From NCBI GenBank assembly GCA_010356995.1, contig ML996691.1, positions 936,174 through 1,000,173 of the forward strand: DNA of 64,000 nt, in the 5' to 3' direction. The DNA is from Trichodelitschia bisporula. Its lineage: Eukaryota. Below are positions 25,401 through 36,386 of the stretch, in pieces; the first letter of the stretch is position 1; every line of letters starts with the position of its first letter. Under the pieces are notes generated by a model. That model was not told where the DNA came from. It was given only the letters and a program-made list of their open reading frames with translations, and did no database searches. Both the position numbers and the translations under genes were made by a program.

Positions 25401-28400
25401 GCGTTGTTCAGAAGATTTTTCTCCAGGGAGGGAAATGCAACGACTGGCGGCACGAAATAGTCCGTCTCAATGACCCAGTGAAGGGCAATGACGTCGGCCT
25501 GGCCTTCTGTCAAGTTTGCCATCCGAGCAAGCTCCATGATTGCCCGATGCGACAATGACACCACGTTCAAGCCGATCTTGAGCGAGGCGCTGAGCCCAGC
25601 CACCTCTGTATCAACCACAAAAGGCTTAGGGCGCGACTTGATGGCATTTTCGAAGTCGGCTGCTTCAATGTGGTCTTCAACAGGGTCCGTCTGGTTAAGC
25701 CAGCGAAGGTGGGGTGGCATAGGGCTGCAACGGCACCGGAAGGCGGAGACGATAATATCCTCACGCATCTTGTGCCAGCGATTCGCAGTCCCGCGAGCCT
25801 TGAACGCATCTGGCCCCAGGTTTCGAGTGGTCCACGCCAAAGCATCCCAGAAGCGGGAATCGTTCGGGTCGTGCTGGGCCTTGGTAGGGGGGAATTTCTC
25901 CTGAAGGTGTGACGGTATTTCAGAGAATGGGAATGCAGCCTCGAAGAAATAACCGGCCGTGAGACAGATATTCTCGTCGTCGTTACCTTCTGATGCTCCG
26001 AAATGATGACGTAGGCCGCGGGTGATCAGAGGAGTCCCATCTTGAAATTGTATAGAGTTTCCTAGACTAACCCATGAGCCGGGAAGCAAAGCGTCGACGC
26101 GCCAAGGTCCATGTTGCTCCCGCAATTCCGAACGCCACGGATTGAACACCGGGACGTCAGGCTTGTTCCAAGGACGCCAGGAGGGCACAGACGCGATGAT
26201 GTCCCGCTTTTCACCACGGCCAAGGCGCTCGTGAGATTTGGCGAACACGAAAGGATCTTGATCCGCCTCTCCCATAGGATCGGGATCCAGAAACAGATTG
26301 ACCTCGGTGTTGCCCTCCTTCTGGTACAGCGTGGAACAGGCTGTGCCACAATTGGCTAAAAGGAGATATTTGCCTTGAAGTTTTTCAGCCGTCGTACCCA
26401 GCCCTTGTCCGGCCACAGATATCTCCAGGCGCTCGGGGACTGTCTCATCGAGATAACCCGGGATGTTCAGCTTCGCCCGGAAGGAAGGTAGCTTCTTTCC
26501 CTTCCCCCTGAGAAGAAGATTACAATGCTTGTCTTCTGGCAAGAAAACGACCCACTGCTCGGCGCTCAATTCAGAACCCGAAAGCCCAGAGCAATCGGCT
26601 TTGATGATGGGAGTCGCTAGCACCTTACGCAGCCAGGAATTGGCGGGCAAGTTATCCACCGGTTTGGCATAGACCTCCCAGTACATCATGCGGTCGGTGG
26701 GAATCTTCAGCTCCGCCCAGGCGTTGGGAGCGTCATAGATGACTGACCATTCGCGGCCGCGGTGGTAATTTTTCCAGACGAAGTCGGAGTTCAATGCGAC
26801 CGTGAGAGCCTGGCCGTACATCACGACATTGTTCGACAGCCCGGTGCTCTGGAAAACCGCATTCAGCCTCTTCTCACACGAGTCCATGGAAGTCTCCGCA
26901 ACGATCCTGAAAATACGCGGAAAGTGCTGGCCGGACTCCTTCCAGAAGGACTCCGGAGGCGCTCTATCTGCGCGAAGAACCTTCTTCGCCGTGAGATGAT
27001 GCTTCGGATAGCTCACGCATCCCGAACAGACGTTGTGTCCACAACTATCGCAGACCAGGATGTCGAACTTGGAGAGACCCTTCTGACCTTCGCAAGTGCA
27101 ACGACGAAGTGTCTTCTCCGCACAGCTACGGATGGTTTGAGTGACTGCTTCGGTGTTCTGGCTGGTCACGTTGATCAGGTCGGGTTCAAGAGCGTTCTTG
27201 CCCCAGGTGGACAGCTTCTTGACTTCAGTCCCTGGCGCGCGAGCTGGCTCGATCGACTTCGTATCGAGTTTCCCGTGGGCGACGATGAGCGCGGAAAGAA
27301 TTGCCGAGCCGACAACAGTCGTGCTCATGGCGTTACCGGCAAGATCCTTCAGCTGGCTGTCCGTCTCCGAGGTAAAGGTCACCTCATCAATGGGAATGCC
27401 TTGCAGGCTCAGCGTCTCCTGCCCAGTGAGGAGACCAATGCGATCAGTCAAGAAGCACATGCCTCGAGGCGTCAAGCATCCAGTGAGTCCCAACTGGGCG
27501 CGGTCGACGCGGTCGACGTTCTGGCTGATGTCGATGATGCGGGTCTTGTACGTGAAGTCAATGCCGTTGCGAGCATGCTTCCGGAACAAGATGTCGATCA
27601 GATCTGAATCACGCATTGGACGGTTCTTGAGCCAGGCCTTGTGCGCATGCTCGGGCATCTGCTGCAAGAATGGAGGTCCAGAATCGATGTTGAGGTCTTC
27701 GCGCGCGTTGGCATGGCGGTTGCGACAGGCTTCCCACGATAACTTCTTTGGCGCTGTGAACTGTTGAGCGTCCTTGATGTCAATTGCGCGAGGATCGTCA
27801 TCCTGAAGAAGGAAGTCCGAGACAGGAGCACTAGCCCGACGCTTGAACCCGTCCATGACGCTTTCCCACTTGCGGCTGTATTCGGTGGCTTCTTCGAGGG
27901 TGAAGTGGTCCCGGATGTCCAGGCAGATCATGTATCTACGCTCACGCGTGTGCGGAATGTAGTACTCCTTGGTATCCGTCTTGACATCTTTGGCTACGTA
28001 TCCCACGGACCAGAAATAGTCACGAAAGCTCTTCCAAGTCTCCGCTTTGGCCACTACATTTTCCAGAATAACGATGGCTGGGCGCGTGCGCTTGGAATAC
28101 TCCAGGATGGCCATGAACGTATTCGTAGACTCGCCATTGCGCTCCCTCGGCATTGTGATCATGTTGGTGTTCAACTTCGAGAAGTCGACACACGATGAGC
28201 CGGCAATGAGGACGTCGATGTCGCCAGGAACTTCGAGGAAGGACCCATACGCGGTGGTGCCCTTAGGCTTTTCATCCTCCTCGCCTTTGACAAACTCCGT
28301 GATATCCCGGAACAGCAGCGGAGGCTTGAAGTTGCGCTGAATGTACGCCTGCTTGAATGCGTCGATCTCCGCGCTGAAGACGTGCTCGACCTTGAAGGGT

Positions 28401-29332
28401 TCCTTCTCCTTTTTCTCCAGAGCTAATTGAAAATCAGCATATAAGTCAAAATTAAACCGCACATTGTAACTTACACTTCTGGACCAGAGTGAGAGCAAGC
28501 AATGGGCTCTCAGTCCCACTGCACATGGTGGCGACCCGAAGAGGCCTGCCATTGAGGTGCCTCAGAACATCTTTGAATCCAAGATCAATCGCCTTATCGG
28601 TGAGCGCATCAAATATCTCATTGATGTCCGAGATTGGCGGGAGCTCCATATCCAGCCCCTTGACGCGACGGCGCGGAGTCTTGCGAGTGCGGCCAGCGGC
28701 GACGTCCGATTCTTCCTCAGAATCTTCCGAACCAGGCTCTTCCTCAGCCTCTTCAGTCTCAGACGGAACTTCCTTATCATAATCCTCGACAGTACCCGAA
28801 AGACCAGGCGGCCCATCGTCGACGTCCATCTGGTTGGCGTCATCTTCGGCGTCGGTGGCTTGAGCCTCGTCCCGACGAGCCTCCAGAACTGGAAAAGCTG
28901 TATAAGGCTCATAAGCATCTTCACCATGCTTGGAACGATTGATGGACATACGCCCAACCGACGTAGTAAGCTCGTCGTCGTTGTTGCGCGCGAGAGCTGT
29001 CTGATGTTAGCAAGGCTGAAATTCTTGGGCACGTGACCGACTGAGAACCGAGATGGGACCAGCAACAGTCGGACAAAAACACCGCACAGAACATCGTGCA
29101 GCGAGAAACTTTGCGACAAGAAACCAACTGCTGGATACATGCTGGACGGGGTGCACCCCCCGCCCGAATGGAAGGGGGCAAGATCGAGTGGGATGTGGGC
29201 AGAATGCTGCGACTTACAGCGAGTGGGAGTCCGCGGCGGCTGCGCGGAGCGAGCACGCTTCTGGTCGCCTTCTGGGCTTACAGACGATTTGTCCGCTGTA
29301 AGCTTCGCCTCACGCTTACGCTTCGACTCCAT
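22464..29332 (-). CDS. DNMT5: DNMT5-type C5 cytosine methyltransferase fused to SNF2 ATPase and RING-like Cys cluster (over 2100 aa). 5' exon structure uncertain (minimal start ATG 28949; MESKRKRE at 29332).
   Basis: MTase motifs ATMCSGTESP (I), FSAEID (II), IAGSSCVDFS (IV), ILENV (VI), PHTRERRY (VIII), DLAGNAMS (X). SNF2 motifs GGILADAPSFGKT, IIDEY, LSGTPP, SGLNLQKANHVVF, QAVRRCHRFGQQK. RING-like CGHCVCTKC...CGVDGC. Introns at about 28474-28423, 23112-23066 and 22922-22878. Confidence 0.95.
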
Positions 29333-29399
29333 GATCGTGATGTTGCAACTTAATGTGTGGACTGAGACCGGAGTTAGCAATGATCGGAGACACTTTTCT

Positions 29400-30200
29400 A
29401 CTTAAGGAGCCTAATGCTGTTTGCTTCTTTCCGTTGATACCAACAGCTTTAACCCATTGAGCAAGAGGTAAAACAAACCATTGATGTATCGAACCCCAAA
29501 TGGGGAAACTTACCTTGTGGATGTTCCGTAAGGAACCGAGAGATTAACGTGGAATGGAGAAGGTAGGCTTATTTTCGTCTTAGAACCGAAGGTTCGACCA
29601 ATCAATGCCAAAACCACAGCTAGCTCGAGCAGAAGAATTAGGAGTGCGATAGGAAGTGGGGGGTAGTTCGAGAAGTTAAAACTTAAGGTCGAAAGATTTG
29701 AAATTAAGAGATCGATATCTTCGAAACGGAAAACTCTCTTCGATGAACGCGATGTCGAAGTAATCGTCGAAGTAAGCGTTGAAGCCCGAGGTCTAGGGGT
29801 TTTTTCATTCACTCTAGGTCGTCACGGGGCTCTACAATTGTCTACTTGACATCGGCGCCCGAAAGCCGACGACATCGATAAAAGCTTCGTTAACGGAGAA
29901 ACCCTTTAACCGCTTCGAAAATACTAGCCCGAGCAGTTTCTTAAGCATCTTTAAGGTAGAAGAGCTAGAGGTAACTGCTCTACGCATATCAGACTAGGGT
30001 AGACAGCTTACTCTATAGCGATGGGATGAAAAGGCTTCTAATCCTATAAGTTATACGAACTCGAACTTCTCTTCTTCTTCCTTATTCCCCCTTACTTCGC
30101 CTTCCGTCTCGCTTAAGTAGAGACAATTCCATGCAAAGGAAGCAAGGGGTAAGCCTTATAGGATAATTTGAAGAGTCTAAAAGCCCCTCTTAACCTTCTC
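29400..30200. other. AT-richer, TpA-rich tract with a RIP-like signature; 29520-29770 is repeated at about 20220-20450 and 21665-21750
   Basis: Many TA/TTAA/CTAG words and few CA/TG relative to flanking genes. Direct sequence match aatcaat.cc.aaaccacagcta.ctcgag in two places. Confidence 0.6.
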
Positions 30201-30785
30201 AGCATCGAACGCAGTCTTTGAATGATACCGTATTCCCAATCCGTAGCCAACATTCCGCATCGTATTCCGCTTGTCCTGCCCGAAATGCAAACGAAGAATC
30301 AAGTCCGCACATCTCCAACCGTTTCAAAAGCCCACTGCCAGCACCAATCCACCATATCTCTCGTATTGCGCTTGAATTGCACCAGTTCAGTCCGCGGTAG
30401 TCGCCGAGAGGAACCCCTAACCCACGCCCCGGGACGATCCGGTAAGCGAACCCTAGCCGAGCCCAAGGCAAGCGGCTCACGCCCCACTCCGCGCGGCGAG
30501 AAGATACGGAGAATATTTGACGGAAGCACGCATCGCATCGGTGCATTGAAGGCATTGGATACGGGCACTGCGTTCGACGGCATGGAGTAAGAGCGGTGAT
30601 GATGCGCTATCTGGCGGCAGGAGTTACTGTAGGATGAAGAAACGCTGAAGACGGAAGATTGCAGTTTCGTACGCCCGAGACGCCAGGACATTACATGAGA
30701 GACAAAGTTCAACGACCAATATGTTATCAAACCGGCCGGGCATTACGCATTGGGCAAAAGGCTGCTCCACGTCGTCTGGAACGGC

Positions 30786-30794
30786 AAAAAGAAA
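30786..30794 (-). terminator. Pol III oligo-T terminator of tRNA-Gly
   Basis: TTTCTTTTT about 15 nt downstream of the tRNA 3' end. Confidence 0.75.
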
Positions 30795-30808
30795 TATCAA
30801 CTGGATAT

Positions 30809-30901
30809 TGCGTCGGCCGGGAATCGAACCCGGGGCCCGTCGAATCGTCCCCGAATGACTTCGGATGGCAACGACGGATTTTACCACTAAACCACCAACG
30901 C
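30809..30901 (-). tRNA. tRNA-Gly(GCC) with a 22-nt intron (30865-30844)
   Basis: Acceptor stem GCGTTGG/CCGACGC-A, D arm TGGTTTAGTGGTAAAAT, anticodon arm CGTCG-TTGCCA[intron]T-CGACG, T arm CCGGGTTCGATTCCCGG. Confidence 0.97.
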
Positions 30902-31566
30902 GCTTTGATGCAAGCTGGACCTTAAACAAAAGTCTTCTAGCGGAAAGTACTAACTGCGGCGCTAAAGGGGTGTTCTGAGCCATGCTGAAGCCTAGTCCTA
31001 GATCCGGAGGGAAAAGGCAACAGAGGAATCGTAGAGAAGGAAGTAAAATGGGCTATCAGTGGGAGGACGTTTGCCAAACATGATCAAGAGTCAAAGAACA
31101 ACGGCGAAAGGGAGTTATATGAAAGTATATTCTCATGAGTCTAGGCACCCCTGTTACAATCCTAAGCAAACCGTCAAACGAGGCCCCAAAGACGATGGTC
31201 ATGGTATCACATTCTCAGACGTTGGCTAGCAAACCGGGTGGCCGTTTGGCATGTCGAATTTGTTCATCAAAGGGACCAGAATAGCGATACATCATAAGTG
31301 ATAATGGAACGTCCATTTCAGCTTTCAACAGGCCACTCAAATTGCTTCCTAGTGGAATCAGCAAAAAGACTTCCTTGATACCCGATATCTGCGACTGGCT
31401 GTACAATGGAGTACGCTCCAAAAACTGTGCCTCCCGAGGGTATATCGAAGGCGGTGACCGCCTACCTTAACAAAATCATCCAGAACGGGGGCGCTCCGCT
31501 GGAGTCGACTATGATGACTAGGGGTCACCATCGTCGTACTTAACTCCATTATTCAGAGGAAGACTC

Positions 31567-32894
31567 TTAGAACGGAGTTGATGTGACAGCCTGAAACCCA
31601 GCGGCCAGGTCAACAAGGCCTTCACGAGGCTGCGCAAAGTTAGTGTTGTGACACGGAAGCAGTAACGCGAAGACATGGTCATAACTACCGGAGAGAACTG
31701 CCTCAGCTTAACCCCAGCTTCTTGAAAGATAGCAGCAGCCTGGAGGTGTTAGTCAGGCCGATAATTACACTCGTCCAAGCTTACCGCCGAGTCCACATTG
31801 TAGCCGACGCTGTACACCACCTCGCTGATGCCGACTTGAGCGATCTTGACGCTGCAAGTCAGACAAGGACAGCTAAAATAGTCAGCCCAGTCCCTCTGGC
31901 AGAGGAAACGATCCTCACGTGTCGCAATAGAGAATCGACCCATCCCGAATACGATCCCGACCCGCCTCAAGGAGCGCATTCTCCTCCGCATGTAGGCAGA
32001 GACATGTATCCAAGCCGACACCTACACCGCTGGCGTCGTTGCACCTAGGGCCTGAGTTATCAGCAAACACTCAACAAGGCCCGCGCGAAACCCACATCCG
32101 CCATCGTTGCAGTTCCTCATCCCGCGCGGTGTCCCATTGTAGCCTGTACTTATGACCCGCTTTTCGCGCACCAGTACACAGCCCACCCGCCGCTTCATGC
32201 AGTTGCTCCGCTGAGCTGCCAGATGCGCAAGCTGCATAAAGTATTGGTCCCAGCTGGGGCGCAAGCGGCTTTCATTGGGGAGATCCAGCTTTGCGAGCGC
32301 CTCGTGTAGTTGGGAAAGGGAGCTGGTGGAGTTCAAGAGGCGCAGCTGGGCGCGGCCGAGGAGCGGTGCGAGGCCAGAGACGGGGGTGTAGTGCTCGTTG
32401 TCGTTATAGAGGAGGAATGAGTCTAGCATGGGCATTGGACAACGGCGAGCGCTGCAGCTGCGGGGGTTAGTGATGTTGAGCATCCATGTGGTTTCTGATA
32501 CCGTGCTAGCAACCGATTCCATCGAACACTACCGGGAGCATCGACGCTTATGAACAGGAAAAAGGGCCTTTTTAGAAGTATATCAAGCACAGACTCGTCC
32601 CAGACTGAGGATGTCACCCAGCGGCCCCGCCAGTTCTCGGTTACAAAGTCTAGCAAGGACTGCGCATCGCGGAAACGGAAGGTCGCATCCGGCGGGGTGT
32701 CTCTAGACTCCAAGAGCTCTGCAAGTCGCGGCGGATAATCGGAAGGGAGCTCAATCGAGAGGAGCTGGAAGCCGTGCTCTTTGACCAGGTACTCGACGAC
32801 CGATGTTTTGCCAGCGCAGATACCTGACACAGCATGAGCACATAGCCTTGGTAATCGGAGGGAGAGAAGTACTGCCGCAAACGCCGATCAGCAT
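31567..32894 (-). CDS. DCD1: dCMP deaminase with N-terminal P-loop-like domain, multi-exon
   Basis: RPSWDQYFMQLAHLAAQRSNCMKRRVGCVLV, STGYNGTPRG, CLCLHAEENALLEAG, PCLTCSVKI zinc ligands. N-terminal GSICAGKT after splicing. Confidence 0.95.
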
Positions 32895-33226
32895 CTTGTG
32901 AGAGATATGGTACCCGTCAGCAGTATGAGATAACGCTCCGTTTCCCCGTCTGCTGGTGGGGGGATGATGGCTTCGCGCGCGTTACGCCCCTGGCGGATGA
33001 CGAACGGCGCGCGGGACGCAGATCGGCCAGGTGCTTGGCGTCCCACCAACCCCGCCTGATCGTTGACTGGGGTGGGGGAACGTCACCAGGCAGCTGAGGG
33101 AGGTTGGGAAGTAGAGCTTTAACTCATCCCACTTGCGACAAATACCCGTCATCACAACCTTCGGCGTATCAGTACTGTATAGGCTCATCGAAAAAGCCAT
33201 ATCCATCTTCTTCCAGAGTTCCGACT

Positions 33227-35466
33227 ATGGCGAGCCTCCAGTTCGCGCCCTGGTCCTCGGACATTGAGCTCGCTTTCTACGCCGCTCTCGCCTCGCTCAA
33301 GATCAACCATGATAAGCTCGACGATTCGGCACGAAAGGTGCTCGGGCTGTACGAAGTGCGTCCTGGCGAGCGGGCGGAGCGCTCCGGGCGCATGCAGATT
33401 ACGGGGAATGCGCTGACGACGGATGAGTGAGTGGTGTCTAGAGAGGAGATGGGATGGCAGGCTGACGGTCGCAGAATCCCCAGCGGCTTCTATCGTGCAG
33501 AGGGCTGGATAAAGAACTTCAATACGATCGAGGAGTACAAGAACGCGTCTCGGCCACAGATTATTGAGCTGGCGAGCCGGACGGTATCTATTACTTCTCC
33601 ATTTGTCTGAGTCCCCGCTGACAGAGCAGGTCTGGGACGCCGTCAACGACGAGACGATATACTCGTGCCCTTCACTCCTGTGCTCCTTCTATGTCATATC
33701 CTTCGCAAATCTTAAAAAATACAGGTTCTCTTACCACTTCGCCTTTCCAGCCTTGCATTCGGATCCGCCGTGGAAGCTGGCAGGAGCGTCAGAGCGCTTC
33801 AGCTCACCGGAGACGGTACAACTTGTTGAATCGGTCCAAACATGGAGGTACAGCGTCGATGGCCGGCAGCACGGCTTCTTCCTCGCAAAGCGCGTTTACC
33901 CGAGCAAGCCCGCAGAGGGCGAGACCTCCACGCCGCAAACACCGCAAACACCGCAGCCCGAAGACGGCCTCGGCTTCAAGTGGGCCATCGGCTCGCTGTC
34001 TGCCTTTAAGACAGGCTTCTTCAACGACGTAGCGCCCAAGGACCGGTACGTCGCCTTTGCTGATCCCTCAAACTATCCCACGAACCCTGGTTGGATGTTG
34101 CGCAACCTCCTGGTACTAGTCCGGCAGCTGTGGAAGCTTCACGACGTGCAGATCCTTTGTTACCGCGACACGCACCAGCGCCGCGATCAGCCCAACAGCC
34201 TCGTGCTGCACCTTCAATCACCCCCAATCGACCCGCTGCCCGAAATGCCCAAAGTGACGGGCTGGGAGCGCAATGAGGTGGGCAAGCTGGCCACCACGAC
34301 CGTCGACCTCGCCGAGTACATGGATCCGACACGGCTAGCAGACCAGGCCGTCGACTTGAATCTCAAGCTCATCAAGTGGCGCTTAGTGCCAGACATCGAC
34401 CTCGACGTGATAAAGAACACAAAGTGCCTACTCCTCGGCGCAGGCACGCTGGGCAGCTACGTAGCACGCAATCTGATGGGGTGGGGCGTGCGCAAGATCT
34501 CCTTCGTCGACAACGGGACCGTATCATTCAGCAACCCAGTGCGCCAGCCGCTCTTCGACTTCAAGGATTGCCTCGGCGGCGGCGTGCAAAAGGCCCACCG
34601 CGCAGCCGACATGCTGCAGGAGATCTACCCTGGTGTCGACTCGGCCGGGTACGTGATGTCGGTCCCGATGGCTGGACACCCTATCACCGACGAGCCCAAG
34701 GTTAAGGGCGAATTTGAGCTCCTCAAGCAGCTGATCGATGAACACGACGTGGTCTTCCTGCTGCTCGACACGCGCGAGAGCCGCTGGCTGCCTACCGTCA
34801 TGGCCAAGGCGGCGGGAAAGCTGGTCATGAACGCCGCGCTCGGCTTTGATACTTATGTCGTCATGCGACAGGGACTGAAGCCTGAGAAGGAGGGGGATGT
34901 GGAGATGGGGTGCTACTTCTGCAACGACGTGGTCGCGCCTGCCGATGTGAGTTGCCCCCATGTTTCGTAATGCCGATATCGGCGCTGACGTATGCGTGCA
35001 GTCCCTCACCGACGCCACCCTCGACCAGCAGTGCACAGTCACCCGCCCGGGCGCCGCACCCATCGCCTCTGCCCTGCTCGTCGAGCTCCTCGTCAGCGTG
35101 CTGCAGCACCCGAAGAAGGGACGCGCACCAGCGACAACGAGCGCCCCGCGCGGCGACCGCGGCCCAGGCGAGCCTGGCATGTTCAAACACCCGCTCGGCG
35201 CCGTGCCGCACACGATCCGCGGCTACCTGGGCGAGTTCAACAACATGTGCGTCACGGGACAGCCGTACGACTGCTGCAGCGCGTGCAGCGATACTATCGT
35301 GGGCCGGTACCAGGCTGAGGGGTGGGAGTTTGTTAAAAGGGCGATCAACGAGAAGGGCTGGGTGGAGGATATTAGTGGGTTGGCGGAGGTGCAACGAAGG
35401 GCGGAGGAGGTGGATGGGGAGGTCGATTGGGAGGAGGAGGAGGAGGGTGATGGCGAGTTGCTTTAG
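33227..35466 (+). CDS. ATG7: Autophagy E1-like activating enzyme, 4 exons
   Basis: [61 protein letters not shown] (catalytic Cys). Confidence 0.97.
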
Positions 35467-35560
35467 TGGGTGGGAGGGGGAGGGGTGCTTTGGGGGTTTT
35501 TGGGGAGGCAAGAGCTTTACGCTCCACGGCACGTGCAGAAGGTTGAACATCATTCTCTTA

Positions 35561-36386
35561 TCAGCGAGCCTCGACGCGCACCAGCACAGCGGGCCGAGTG
35601 TGCGTCTCGAATAAGCCGAACTCGGATACACTCCGTACGATCACTTCATCCGACACAACGCTCACCTCGATTGCACGCTTCTTCGGCTGCTTCCGCCCTG
35701 CGAACGGGTCGTCATCTTGCAAGAGTGTGGTCGCCCGGTTTGAGAGCGAGCTGAAGAGACCGCGCTTGGCCTTGGGGCGCGGAGGCAGGGTCGTCGGAGC
35801 GGTGGGAGCGGGGGTGTGTGCGGTGCCGGAGGAACCGTAGGCGTTTTCAAGAACGGCGCGCAGATCCGAGGCGAGACTGTCGATTGCGCTGGGTTGCTGC
35901 CAGTATTCGGCGTTGTTGATGGAGCCGGAGAGGCCGATGTGGATTGCTTCTGTTGGGTCGGCGGGGGTGGGTGGGGAGGCTGGGAATGTTAGGCGTTTTG
36001 GTTTCTTGTGCTTTTGGAGTATTGGGATGGAGAAGGGAGAAGGGAGGGTAGGGTAGAATGGAGTTGGTATTTGCTTGCCGTGCTTGTGCTTTTGATGTGA
36101 GGTTACTGTACGTACCTTGGAAGTTATCAGCACTATCGTCATACTGGCTATACGTCGCCCGTGCCACCTGCTCCACCGGAATCGGGCCTGAGGGGATGAG
36201 TGCCAACACCGTGGTGTCGAGTCCTGCGGCTAGACGCGCCGCGACGACGGGGTAGATGTGCGTGTCGATGATGGTGAGGCTGTTCGCTGCGCGGGCTTGG
36301 TGGAGTTGGGCCTGGAGGGGGAGAAGGCTGGTGGGGGAGGAGGTGTAGGCGGGGGGAGCGTTGGGGTCCTGACCCATGGTGGGCAT
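35561..36386 (-). CDS. Uncharacterised fungal protein (at least 2 exons)
   Basis: N-terminal PPAY, TTVLALIPS; GTACGT donor near 36116; C-terminal part EYWQQPSAI...DEVIVRSVSEFGLFETHTRPAVLVRV. Confidence 0.72.

Noticed and set aside
17900..30808. Calling the island a Starship or other transposon
   Set aside because: No captain recombinase, transposase, RT, terminal repeats or target-site duplication visible; kept only as a hypothesis.
30844..30865. Intron with a small hairpin in tRNA-Gly(GCC)
   Set aside because: Canonical position 37/38 intron, common in filamentous ascomycete tRNAs.
22464..32894. DNMT5 next to dCMP deaminase (with MSH2 in the same window) as a methylate-and-deaminate gene cluster
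   Set aside because: DCD1 has ordinary free-nucleotide deaminase motifs and is a housekeeping gene, and MSH2 is about 30 kb away. Proximity alone gives no support without conserved linkage.
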